Sequence record: SRR22947725_8545 | Length of the DNA stretch: 36,148 nt | Strand: one strand, 5' to 3' | In this document: in pieces, positions 7,811-17,451 of the stretch | Position numbering within the stretch: the stretch's first letter is position 1 | Layout: each line of letters begins with the position of its first letter | Program-made: the position numbers and the translations under genes | The notes under the pieces: model-generated | Told to the model about the DNA's origin: nothing | The model's database searches: none | The model's input: only the letters and a program-made list of their open reading frames with translations

Positions 7811-10513
7811 ATGGACTCTTTAACGATTATGGAAAAATGGATAATGTTGACGCGCGCGAGATTCCGCCTGATGGCTTGGGGTATTTTGGGTTGTGCCTGG
7901 CTTTTGATTTGGGACGCTGATGTTCAGGCGCAAGCCTTGATGAAATTCGAATTGAAAACACCTGAGGCCAGGACCTATTGGGTTGAGCAAACAACCGATA
8001 TGCTTGGCCCTGCACTCAAAGCACCAAGTCGCACTCTTGAGTTGCGAAAAACCCCTTCAGATCTTCATGGATCCATCATAGATCATCGACTGATAGTTCA
8101 TCTTGCTGAGGCTGTCTCGATTGATGGATTCATCAAGCCATGGGGACTTGAACTGCTGCAATCCCTGCATTTTCCGGGCGTGCATGTCCTCGCAGCCAGT
8201 TCACCCTTCCAGGCCATGACTATCGCCGATGCATGGGCAAACATGCCGGAGGTGCTGGCTTGTTATCCAGTTGAACAAAAACCAATGAAACTCAAAAACC
8301 GTTTCGCCCCAAGGCCCAATGATCCCTTCTTCTCCAATCAATGGTATCTTGAACAGAGGAATACGATCAATTTTTTGAGTGAAGGAGGGGATATCAATAT
8401 TCGATCAGCCTGGCCCATATCTCGAGGTCAGGGTGTGCACATTGCGGTTGTCGATACAGGTGTGGATCAAGATCATCCTGATCTGGCACTGGCACTCAAC
8501 AGCGACTTCAATAGAAATTTTATTACGGGCGCTCAAGATGGAAATCCGGTTTCACAAACTTTCTTTCACGGTACGGCTGTTAGTGGCTTGATAGCTGCAT
8601 CCTCTGGAAATAATGAGGGTATAGCAGGCGTTGCCCCGCTGGCGTCACTCTCTAGTTGGGTGATTTTTGGGTTTGGGGGTAATATTGCGGATTCACTTCA
8701 ACTCTCAGAGATGTATGAAACTTCCAACGATCAAATCGCTGTTCAAAATCATAGTTGGGGCAATGCTTATCCGGAGCAATCGGGGCCTTCATTTCTTGAA
8801 CGACTAAGCTTATCCAACGCTTTTCACAAGGGGCGTTCTGGCAGGGGGATTGTCATGGTGCGCGCAGGTGGAAACGACCGTACCTCGGGAGATTTTCACC
8901 CGGGACTTGGTGATGTCAATGACGATGGTTACACCTCCATGCATCAGGTAATTGCAGTTGCTGCAACGCGTCGTGACGGCAGGGCAACCTCTTATTCGAA
9001 TTGGGGGGCGTCCATTCTGGTAGCCGCTCCGGGAGGCGAAGTACGTGACGGATTGTTCACAACGGATGTAATGGGTGATGGTGGATTTAACATGGACACG
9101 GATTCGATTGGTGATGGTGATTATATTTCCAACGAGGTTGGTTTCATCGGAACCAGTGCGGCTGCTCCGCTGATTTCAGGATTGTCGGGACTTGTATTGT
9201 CGGTTAACCCTGAATTTTCGGTTCGAGATGTGCAGCAGATTGTCCTTGCTTCGGCGCGGCATGTTTTTCTCGATGATCCAGACATGGCTGGCAATGGTGC
9301 AGGTTTCAAGCACAGTCACCACGTTGGGTTTGGCATTCCTGACGCCGGGGAAGCTTTAAGGCTGGCGCAAAACTGGATACCTCGCGACGAGCTCAGCATC
9401 GTTTCTCGCGAAAGTAAACTGAGCAAGGTTGTCCCTGATCACGGACTTCGATTGAAGGTCCAGGGAAAGACAGTACCAGATGATTTAAAGGATATTCCTG
9501 CTTCCACCACCATGGGAATTCAACCAGATGAACCAACAGGATTTTTCCCCATGAGTTTTCAAGGGCGGGGGATTGATCCGATTACTGACGATCTTACGGG
9601 CAAAGGCGCCATCATTCGCCGTGGCACCACCACATTTCATGAAAAGATCATTAATGCTGCCAACGCTGGAGCCTCCTTTGCTGTGATTTACAATAATCAA
9701 AATGAGGATGAATTGATACGAATGGCTGGAACTGAATACGCACCGTTACCCGCTTATTTCATTGCTCGGGAGCAAGGGGAGCCACTTTCCGTGCTGGTTG
9801 AATCGGACCCAACGGTCCGCATGCAACTTGAAATGAATTCTGCTGATTATTCTTTCAACGTCAGCGAGACTTTGATTTGTGAGCATGTCGAACTGGTGGT
9901 GGACGCAGATCATCCCAGTCGCGGCCAGCTGCGTATCGTGATTCAATCCCCAAGCGGAACTAGAAGCGTATTGCAGCGACTCAACTTTGACGATTCGCAA
10001 GGGCCCATCCATTGGGCTTATCGCACAACAAGACATTTCTTTGAACCCTCTGCAGGTGTCTGGAAAGTGAGCATCACTGACCAGGATGAAAACCAGATCG
10101 GAGCTATTCGTTCCCTGAATCTGAACATTCTAGGCACTGAAATTATCGATAGTGATTCCGATGGGCTGGATGATGAATGGGAAATGACTCAGTTTGGGAA
10201 TCTTGCATCAACGGCGAAGGAAGATCCTGATGATGATGGTGCTCAAAATGCACGCGAGCAGCTTCTTGGTACCTCTCCTTTGATCTCTGATCTTAATCTT
10301 GAAATGAATCTTGATTTCCTTGACAAAGAACGCATCCGGCTTTCCTGGCAAAGCCGTCCCAATCGTCTCTACGAAGTAATTTCTCTGCAACTGAATAGTA
10401 ACAGCCCAGATTCCATTGGAACCGTGCGCAGCCAGTCTTATCGATCAGAATGGGTAGTGAAATTAGATAAGAAATTCCAAAAATTCTTTCAAGTCATCGA
10501 GCGGGCTGAATAA
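7811..10513 (+). CDS. Secreted S8 (kexin/furin-like) serine protease with PA domain, P-proprotein domain, DxDxDG Ca-binding repeat and C-terminal tail
   Basis: Triad AVVDTG / HGTAVSG / GTSAAAP; PNDPFFSNQWYL; PA domain IRRGTTTFHEKIINAANAGASFAVIYNN; P-domain EHVEL..RGQLRIVIQSPSGT..FFEPSAGVWKVSITD; DSDSDGLDDEWE. Start is uncertain (7757, 7811, 7829 or 7844). Confidence 0.9.
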   Translation: MDSLTIMEKWIMLTRARFRLMAWGILGCAWLLIWDADVQAQALMKFELKTPEARTYWVEQTTDMLGPALKAPSRTLELRKTPSDLHGSIIDHRLIVHLAEAVSIDGFIKPWGLELLQSLHFPGVHVLAASSPFQAMTIADAWANMPEVLACYPVEQKPMKLKNRFAPRPNDPFFSNQWYLEQRNTINFLSEGGDINIRSAWPISRGQGVHIAVVDTGVDQDHPDLALALNSDFNRNFITGAQDGNPVSQTFFHGTAVSGLIAASSGNNEGIAGVAPLASLSSWVIFGFGGNIADSLQLSEMYETSNDQIAVQNHSWGNAYPEQSGPSFLERLSLSNAFHKGRSGRGIVMVRAGGNDRTSGDFHPGLGDVNDDGYTSMHQVIAVAATRRDGRATSYSNWGASILVAAPGGEVRDGLFTTDVMGDGGFNMDTDSIGDGDYISNEVGFIGTSAAAPLISGLSGLVLSVNPEFSVRDVQQIVLASARHVFLDDPDMAGNGAGFKHSHHVGFGIPDAGEALRLAQNWIPRDELSIVSRESKLSKVVPDHGLRLKVQGKTVPDDLKDIPASTTMGIQPDEPTGFFPMSFQGRGIDPITDDLTGKGAIIRRGTTTFHEKIINAANAGASFAVIYNNQNEDELIRMAGTEYAPLPAYFIAREQGEPLSVLVESDPTVRMQLEMNSADYSFNVSETLICEHVELVVDADHPSRGQLRIVIQSPSGTRSVLQRLNFDDSQGPIHWAYRTTRHFFEPSAGVWKVSITDQDENQIGAIRSLNLNILGTEIIDSDSDGLDDEWEMTQFGNLASTAKEDPDDDGAQNAREQLLGTSPLISDLNLEMNLDFLDKERIRLSWQSRPNRLYEVISLQLNSNSPDSIGTVRSQSYRSEWVVKLDKKFQKFFQVIERAE

Positions 10514-10523
10514 TCGTAAATTC

Positions 10524-11465
10524 TTAAATGAAGGCCCTCCAATCAAAGGGGCGACCTCCAGTTAAAGCCATTCGCCAGGCCCACACAATCATGGTAGCCA
10601 AAAGGAGACTGCACAAAAAATTCAAACGCCATGCGTGCAGCTCTTTTTCCGGAATAAGACTCAACAATGCTCCCAGGGAAAGCCCACACACAAAACCCCC
10701 AAGATGTGCTGCGATATCACTATCAGGCGATAAACCCCAAAATGAAAACAGGATACAGACGGCTAGGATACCTCCAAGGATCATGCGTCCGGCTTGTCGA
10801 TGTGTTTTTAGTAGATGAAACGCATGGGGGCCCAGCATTCCCAAAGCGCCCATCACCATTCCTGAGGCCCCCAGTCCGCGGTAGGGAGCTTCATGAACCC
10901 ATAACCCAAAAAAGTTTCCCCATACCCCGCACACGAATGCCGCAAGCAATCCCGGGCCGGCTCCAAAACGTCCCATGGCAAGCCCCAAGACGATGAGACC
11001 CGTGGATGCATTGGATGCAAGATGGCCAATGTCAGCATGAAGCATGACTGCAGTGACAGTCTGCCACCAGGCGCCTTGTGTCAAAACTTCCTGACTCTTC
11101 AGCATACCTGCTAGTTGGACCTGAGGGCGGTATTCCCATCCGATCCAAGCAAAAATGCACAATACCAGACACCAGAGCAAGGCGGCCCCATGAAATGTGA
11201 ATCCACTTGCGGGAATAGGCTTTTGCCACGACCAGCGTTTGTTTTCGCTTTGGTAACGCCTTATCGCGTCCTCTGCCCTGTGAAGATCACGTTGATGGAC
11301 TTTTAAACCATAGGGAGCCTGGCCTTCAGGAAAGGATTGAATCTCTGTGGGGATCTTTTGACTGGTAAGAACCAAGCTCCAGTCCATGACCTGTTTTCGA
11401 TGTGCTGCGGGGATGATGCACCAATCAGGGGCTGTTGATGGAAGATCTTGTAAATCCTGGCTCAT
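10524..11465 (-). CDS. Rhomboid family intramembrane serine protease
   Basis: WWQTVTAVMLHADIGHLASN, catalytic GASG and AHLGGF, several hydrophobic helices and an N-terminal soluble domain. Confidence 0.92.
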   Translation of the reverse strand: MSQDLQDLPSTAPDWCIIPAAHRKQVMDWSLVLTSQKIPTEIQSFPEGQAPYGLKVHQRDLHRAEDAIRRYQSENKRWSWQKPIPASGFTFHGAALLWCLVLCIFAWIGWEYRPQVQLAGMLKSQEVLTQGAWWQTVTAVMLHADIGHLASNASTGLIVLGLAMGRFGAGPGLLAAFVCGVWGNFFGLWVHEAPYRGLGASGMVMGALGMLGPHAFHLLKTHRQAGRMILGGILAVCILFSFWGLSPDSDIAAHLGGFVCGLSLGALLSLIPEKELHAWRLNFLCSLLLATMIVWAWRMALTGGRPFDWRAFI

Positions 11466-11564
11466 TGGTTTTCACATTGATTACTGGGACTGAATCTTCT
11501 TTAGTGAATCCGTCAAAGATCAAAACCAAGTCTCAAGACCACAAATTGCAATTGAATAAAGCAT

Positions 11565-12548
11565 ATGTCCACAAGAATTCGATGGGGAATAATAGGAACC
11601 GGACGCATTGCCGGTGAATTTGCTGAAGGATTACAGCAGATCGAAACAGCCGAGTTACGATCAGTGGCTTCGCGCAGGCAGGAAACAGCAGATGCATTTG
11701 CGCACAAGTTTGGAGCTGCCCATACCTACCCGGACTATCAGCGATTAGCGGAGGATCCGGAAGTGGATGTGGTTTATGTTGCTACCCCTCATTCGTTGCA
11801 TTGTGAAAATACCCTTCTTTGTCTCAAAGCGGGAAAAGCGGTCATTTGCGAAAAACCCTTTGCGGTGAATGGTGGGCAGGTCGCAAAAATGATCAATGTC
11901 GCTCAAAATCAAGATTGCTTTTTAATGGAAGCCATGTGGATGAGATTCATTCCGCTCATCCGTGAAGCCAGACGTCTGATTTCATCTGAAGCCATTGGCG
12001 ACGTGCGCATGATTCAGGCGGATTTCGGCTTTAGAGTGCCTTTCAATCCACAAGGCAGGCTCTTTGATGTTTCCCTGGCTGGAGGGGCTTTACTTGATGT
12101 TGGAATCTACCCATTGGCTTTTTCAGCCATGTTCATGGGCGAGCCAAAGGAGATTGTGAGTCTTCCCGCTTTAGGCGAAACAGGAGTGGATGAGCAATCG
12201 GCATACGTTCTTCGTCATGAAGAAGGGCAGTTGAGTGTTTTGTCATCTGCTATTCGCACACACACTTCTCAGTCAGCCTGGATCTATGGCACAAAAGGTC
12301 GCATACACTTCCATACACATTTTTGGAAAGCACAGGAAATGACCTTATTTGTTGATGGCTGTGAGCCTGAAGTGGTATCGATGCCATTCTCTGGAAACGG
12401 TTATCAATTCGAAGCTCAAGAGGTGATGAATTGTATCCATGCCGGTAAGTTGGAAAGCGATATCATGCCACACTCTGAAAGTGTTGCATTGATGCGGACC
12501 ATGGATCGCATTCGTGATCAGTGGGGCCTGAAATACCCAATGGAATAA
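11565..12548 (+). CDS. Gfo/Idh/MocA family oxidoreductase (dihydrodiol/xylose dehydrogenase-like)
   Basis: IRWGIIGTGRIA, DVVYVATPHSLH, CEKPF, LMEAMW and GGALLDVGIYP. Confidence 0.93.
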   Translation: MSTRIRWGIIGTGRIAGEFAEGLQQIETAELRSVASRRQETADAFAHKFGAAHTYPDYQRLAEDPEVDVVYVATPHSLHCENTLLCLKAGKAVICEKPFAVNGGQVAKMINVAQNQDCFLMEAMWMRFIPLIREARRLISSEAIGDVRMIQADFGFRVPFNPQGRLFDVSLAGGALLDVGIYPLAFSAMFMGEPKEIVSLPALGETGVDEQSAYVLRHEEGQLSVLSSAIRTHTSQSAWIYGTKGRIHFHTHFWKAQEMTLFVDGCEPEVVSMPFSGNGYQFEAQEVMNCIHAGKLESDIMPHSESVALMRTMDRIRDQWGLKYPME

Positions 12549-12552
12549 GTGA

Positions 12553-13878
12553 CTAGTTTTCGGTATGCTTGCGCGGCCTGTTGCGGTATTTTTCATAAAG
12601 CCTCGTATGCCGACTGCTCAGCGATACAGGTTTGCCCTGGATCCACATGTGGGTTACCTGGGCTCGAATATCCAGCAGCTCTCCATTCAGGGCAATCAGA
12701 GAGGCTTCTTTGCCTGTTTCAATGGAACCAAGAACCTTCTCCAATCCAAGTAACTGTGCGGGATGGATAGTCAAACCTTTGATTGCCATGTTTTTATCAA
12801 GGCCAAATGCAACAGCCTGGGCGGCTGAGTTAGGAAGGTTCCTTACTGCCGATGCGGCGAATCGGTTGGAGCCCTCACTGAAAATTACTTGTACGCCTGC
12901 ATCAACCAACATTTTGGGCGCTTTGAACTGAACATCATAGGGAGCCACATCCTGTTGAGGGAGTGTGAAAGTATGTTCGTAAATGACCGGGATCTCATTT
13001 CTGGCAAGCAAGTCTGCAAGCATCCATGCATCCCTGCCTCCTACCAGGACCATGGAATATTTTTCTTCCATTGACCATTCAACAGCCGATTTAATTTGAC
13101 GCTTTTCGTTGGCATGAATGAACAGAGGGATATCCCCCTTCACCCATGCGCGAGTGGATTCCCAGTTAGGCACTGCCAGTGTCGAATCATCGGCATCCTT
13201 GCGACGAACATAAGCTTTGGCTGATTCAAAGAATTCAGTGATCTGTGCGATTTGTGTTTTTCTTTCCTTCGCCTGTTCCTTGGGGTTTTTCCAACTGGAA
13301 AAGTTATGGGATAGAGCTTTTGGAGTATGGTTCAAGCTCATTGACGGCCAAAAAAGATGCAAACCTGCTGCAGGGCGAATCATTAGATCCTCAATGGTCC
13401 AGCCATCCAACTGAATGACACTCGATTGACCGCTGAGCCTTCCTCCCAACGGAATTGGCTGAGCGTGTGTGATCCCGTTTGCGCGCGCTACGGGAATCAG
13501 TTCTGAGTCAGGATTGATAGCGCGCCAGGAAAGGATCTCGGGCGTCCATTGGCCAACCTCCGTAGTATCCAATGTGGACCGTACGGCATTGATTTCCAAT
13601 AATCCCAAAGTCGTTGTCATGGCAATCATTCCGGGATAGAGGTGTTTTCCCTCAAGGTCAATGACCTGGTCTGCGGGAGTGTCAATAGAACGAGCGACCA
13701 GGGAGATCCTATTGTTTTCGATCAAGACATCACCTTGCTCCATGTCCCCCATGGTGATCGTGTGAACGGTGCCATTCTTGAGCAGTATGGACTCTGCTAA
13801 AGTGCTGGCAGCGTTGTTGAAAGCCAACAATGAGAGCAACAGGGATGGTTTCAGTATGCGAATGAGTCCTTGTTTCAT
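12553..13878 (-). CDS. Secreted amidohydrolase-family protein lacking the HxH metal motif
   Basis: IDLEGKHLYPGMIAMTTTLGL (HxH absent), VARANGIT and LTIHPAQLLG..GSIETGKEASL; signal-peptide-like N-terminus. Alternative start is TTG at 13893. Confidence 0.85.
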   Translation of the reverse strand: MKQGLIRILKPSLLLSLLAFNNAASTLAESILLKNGTVHTITMGDMEQGDVLIENNRISLVARSIDTPADQVIDLEGKHLYPGMIAMTTTLGLLEINAVRSTLDTTEVGQWTPEILSWRAINPDSELIPVARANGITHAQPIPLGGRLSGQSSVIQLDGWTIEDLMIRPAAGLHLFWPSMSLNHTPKALSHNFSSWKNPKEQAKERKTQIAQITEFFESAKAYVRRKDADDSTLAVPNWESTRAWVKGDIPLFIHANEKRQIKSAVEWSMEEKYSMVLVGGRDAWMLADLLARNEIPVIYEHTFTLPQQDVAPYDVQFKAPKMLVDAGVQVIFSEGSNRFAASAVRNLPNSAAQAVAFGLDKNMAIKGLTIHPAQLLGLEKVLGSIETGKEASLIALNGELLDIRAQVTHMWIQGKPVSLSSRHTRLYEKYRNRPRKHTEN

Positions 13879-13939
13879 AATGAGTGAGATCAATCAGATG
13901 GTATGAGAAAAATGAGTCAACTTTGCTTTGAGAATGGAA

Positions 13940-16804
13940 TCAATCATCGCAATGTAAAATGCGTCCTTCGTTCTGCTTTTCCAAGGCAAGGTTGAAGAAA
14001 TGTCTCCACTTTTGCTCCATTTCTTCTTCGGACTCGGTCGATTCATTCTGATAGCCAGCTTCCTTTTTGACTTTTTCAAGCAGCTTGGCCTTTTCGCCTG
14101 TGCGCAACTTGGTGCGCTCCTTATCTGTATAGAGATCGAAGTATTTTACACCTTCAATCCATGTTTCCAGACAAGTGCTCCTTGAATCGAGTGGTGAACC
14201 TGACCAGAGAACGAAATCGGCGTGTTTGCCTTTCTCGAGTGATCCCACCAGATGATCGATGCGAAGTTGTTGAGCAGGATATCGAGTCACAAAATTAAGG
14301 GCTTCCTCAGGAGGCGTATTGCCATATTTGACAGCCTTGGCTGCTTCAAGGTTCATCCTGCGAGCGAGATCGCTGTCGTCAGAATTGAAAGAAACGAGTG
14401 CCCCGCGTTCGTGCATCAATGAACCTGCATAGGGGATGGCATCAATGACCTCAAATTTGTAAGCCCACCAATCGGTAAAGCACGAGGCCCCTGCACCATG
14501 CTCAGCAATTTCATCGGCTATTTTATAACCTTCCAATACATGTTGAAGTGTTCCAACCTGAACACCGAAACGTTCCATGACTCGTAAAAAAACAAGGATT
14601 TCATCTTGCCTGTAGGAGTGACAATGAATCCATCGCTTGCCTTCAAGAATTTCTACCAGGCAGTCCATTTCAAGATCACGTTTGGGGCGCGCACCGTGTC
14701 CAGACTTAAACCTGCTCCATGCCTGCTGGTAATGTTGTGCGGCTGTGAAACGGTTTTCATAAAATACTGGAACTCCCATTCGGGATTGTGGGAATCGAGT
14801 CTTTTTATTATCTCCCCAGTTGGATTGTTTTACATTTTCGCCCAAGGCGAATTTGATTCCTCCAGGTGCTTCCTTGAACATTAAACCATCGGGACCTTCA
14901 CCCCATTTCAATTTGATAATAGCATTTTGCCCTCCTATGGGGTTGGCTGAACCGTGAAGGAGGTTTGCAATCGTGAGGCCTCCTGCCAATTGATAATAAA
15001 TGTTGTCCGTCTCGGAATTTATGACGTCTTCAATCCTGACCATGGCTGTGGATGGCATGGTTCCCTCGTTGACTCCCCCCATGATCATACTGTGTGAGTG
15101 GGCATCGATCAGGCCCGGTGTCAGGTGTTTCCCTGTAGCATCAATGACAAGGCAACTACCAAGATCCGACTCGGGTAGTTTAAGATTCTTTCCAACTTCA
15201 ATGATATGTCCATGCTGAATGAGTAAATCGCCTCGTTCAAGGATCCCCATGAATGAACTGGTCCAAAGTGTTGCATTTTTTATGAGTAAGGTGTCGGGCC
15301 TCTGCTTTGAGGGGTGATCCTCCAGAGGTGAGCGGGCAAATCGCTTGCTGTATTCTGTGTTGATGTCCTTTTTCTTATTTTCGTCTTTCGAATTTTTATC
15401 TTGGTCTGATTCGAATTGATTATTGGGATAGCGCCTGCCTTGAACCCAGGTGGATTCAATTGGGTTTTTGGGTGTGAAATAATCCTCTCCCTTGACAATC
15501 GTGAAATTAGCCAATTTGCCTGCCACCAAAGTTCCCATGGATTCAGACAGTCCGCAAAGTTCTGCAGGGACAGTTGTTAAAGCCGCAATTGCAGTTTGTT
15601 TGGGAAGCCCGCGATCAATGGCTTGTTTCAACTTTTCTCGGAATTTTTTTTGATCGTTCAAGGAATACAGGGTGAGTGCGAGTTGATGGCCTTGAGAGGC
15701 CAACAATGCAGGTGTTTCTGGTGCCCAATCCCAGTTGCGCAGCAAATCCAAACTGACCGCCTCCCAATCGTCATCTTCAGGAAGTTTGGGAATCTCCGGG
15801 AAATTGACAGGAACAATCATCGGGGCTTCTATTTGCTTTATCAAATCCGGCCTGCGCCACTCCTGACCTGTTGCAATTATTCCATATCGCACTCCAAAAA
15901 CTTCCATGAGACTCGATGCCCGGGATGCCATCAGGACGCTTCCGGGTTCAATCAGGACTCGAGTTTTTCCACCGATTACAGGTTCAAGGGCCTTCAGCGA
16001 AGGATTATAAACCTGCGAAGTATTCTGTGAAGGATTGCGAGTAAAGTCCTGAGCCTCCAGCAATGTCTGTCTGATGGCGCTGATGACTCCCATCAACGAT
16101 TTGGGATACTCATTCGCTTTGCCATCGCGACTAGTGAATACGATGTGTTGCAGACCCTCATTACTTTGTATCAGTTCATTGGGCGATGCTTCCCCGGTCA
16201 AGGAAACCGCGCCTTTGCCACGGAAAATACCTTTGGATGGACTCAGATGTACTGCTGTAAACCCAAGGTTCCTCAAACCTTCACGATGACCGGATTTGAA
16301 AGCCCAATCATCCAGTACACTGTACTCGGGATGAACGGTTGAAAGCGAAGAGCCGGGCCCCATGTCACCAGGATCGAGCTCATCGCCAGGCATGCCGTAG
16401 AAATTCCAGTGGCCGCTTGCTTTGTGGTCTGCATCATGATCCTCTGCAGTCGTGCGCGTTGTCATGACGGGTGAACCGTCAGGTGAGATCACGTAATAGG
16501 GGTCAATAAAACCGGGGTAAATGGTGTATCCCTTCAGATCCCATATTCTGCTTCCGCTTGCTGCTTCCTTTGATGGAGACACTGAAACTACCTTCCCATT
16601 GTTGATAACAAGCGTTGCGTTTGTGACCGTCAGACTGGGCGAGACGATGACATTGGCTCCCACAAAAGAATGAAAACCCTGAGGCCTTGGTGGATGGCCC
16701 GGGGGGGCGACAGCGGGCCGGTTATCGTTGGCGTATGTAATTAAGCTGGAGCAAAAGGCAAGTCCTGTCAGGATGGCCTGCCATCGGTTTGAATTCGTTT
16801 TCAT
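13940..16804 (-). CDS. Secreted two-domain amidohydrolase-family protein
   Basis: Domain 1 has IYPGFIDPYY (degenerate). Domain 2 has LTPGLIDAHSHS, LHGSANPIGGQ, IKFALGENVK, HCHSYRQDE, QHVLEGYK and NSDD. Confidence 0.88.
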   Translation of the reverse strand: MKTNSNRWQAILTGLAFCSSLITYANDNRPAVAPPGHPPRPQGFHSFVGANVIVSPSLTVTNATLVINNGKVVSVSPSKEAASGSRIWDLKGYTIYPGFIDPYYVISPDGSPVMTTRTTAEDHDADHKASGHWNFYGMPGDELDPGDMGPGSSLSTVHPEYSVLDDWAFKSGHREGLRNLGFTAVHLSPSKGIFRGKGAVSLTGEASPNELIQSNEGLQHIVFTSRDGKANEYPKSLMGVISAIRQTLLEAQDFTRNPSQNTSQVYNPSLKALEPVIGGKTRVLIEPGSVLMASRASSLMEVFGVRYGIIATGQEWRRPDLIKQIEAPMIVPVNFPEIPKLPEDDDWEAVSLDLLRNWDWAPETPALLASQGHQLALTLYSLNDQKKFREKLKQAIDRGLPKQTAIAALTTVPAELCGLSESMGTLVAGKLANFTIVKGEDYFTPKNPIESTWVQGRRYPNNQFESDQDKNSKDENKKKDINTEYSKRFARSPLEDHPSKQRPDTLLIKNATLWTSSFMGILERGDLLIQHGHIIEVGKNLKLPESDLGSCLVIDATGKHLTPGLIDAHSHSMIMGGVNEGTMPSTAMVRIEDVINSETDNIYYQLAGGLTIANLLHGSANPIGGQNAIIKLKWGEGPDGLMFKEAPGGIKFALGENVKQSNWGDNKKTRFPQSRMGVPVFYENRFTAAQHYQQAWSRFKSGHGARPKRDLEMDCLVEILEGKRWIHCHSYRQDEILVFLRVMERFGVQVGTLQHVLEGYKIADEIAEHGAGASCFTDWWAYKFEVIDAIPYAGSLMHERGALVSFNSDDSDLARRMNLEAAKAVKYGNTPPEEALNFVTRYPAQQLRIDHLVGSLEKGKHADFVLWSGSPLDSRSTCLETWIEGVKYFDLYTDKERTKLRTGEKAKLLEKVKKEAGYQNESTESEEEMEQKWRHFFNLALEKQNEGRILHCDD

Positions 16805-16972
16805 GAAAGCAAATCCCGGTTTGAGTGGGTTTCACAAATCATGAATGATTTATCCTCTTACGCCAAACCTTTTGGCTTTCGATTTTTGGTGAAGAATGCG
16901 ATCAAGCTTTTTGCTCCAAGAACATGATATCCGTGATTGAATACGGTAGGTAATCTGAGGTAGGACTCATCC

Positions 16973-17440
16973 ATGCATATTGTTCTGGTAGAGCCTGAAA
17001 TTCCACCGAATACAGGTAACGTTGCGCGCCTCTGTGCGGCGACAGGTAGTGAGCTACACTTAATTGAACCACTCGGTTTTCAACTGGAAGATAAACATCT
17101 CAAGCGCGCTGGTATGGATTATTGGAACCATGTAAACTGGCGTAAATGGTCTCATTGGTCTGCATTCATTGAGCATTTAAATGCTTCATCCAAGCTTTGG
17201 CTTGTCGAGTCAGACGGCCCCAAAAGTTATGCAAACGTTGATTATGGTCCTGACGATTACCTTGTATTCGGAAGAGAAACAGCAGGCCTTCCCTCTGAAT
17301 TAGTTCAGCAATATCAAGACCAATGGTTGCGTATTCCGATGATGAACAAGGAAGCCCGTTCATTGAATCTTTCAAATTCTGTGGCCATTGTCCTTTATGA
17401 AGCTTTGAGACAACTTGGTTTTCAAGATGAAGTGCGCTGA
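16973..17440 (+). CDS. trmL: tRNA (cytidine/uridine(34)-2'-O)-methyltransferase (SPOUT)
   Basis: HIVLVEPEIPPNTGNVARLCA, LKRAGMDYW, FGRETAGLP and RSLNLSNSVAIVLYEALRQ. Confidence 0.96.
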   Translation: MHIVLVEPEIPPNTGNVARLCAATGSELHLIEPLGFQLEDKHLKRAGMDYWNHVNWRKWSHWSAFIEHLNASSKLWLVESDGPKSYANVDYGPDDYLVFGRETAGLPSELVQQYQDQWLRIPMMNKEARSLNLSNSVAIVLYEALRQLGFQDEVR

Positions 17441-17451
17441 TGGCTCAGGGG

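Noticed and set aside
7802-7829. GGTAAC-N16-CGATTA as a second ECF-type promoter upstream of the S8 protease
   Set aside because: The -10 differs from the CGTC seen at the ECF gene and it overlaps candidate start codons.
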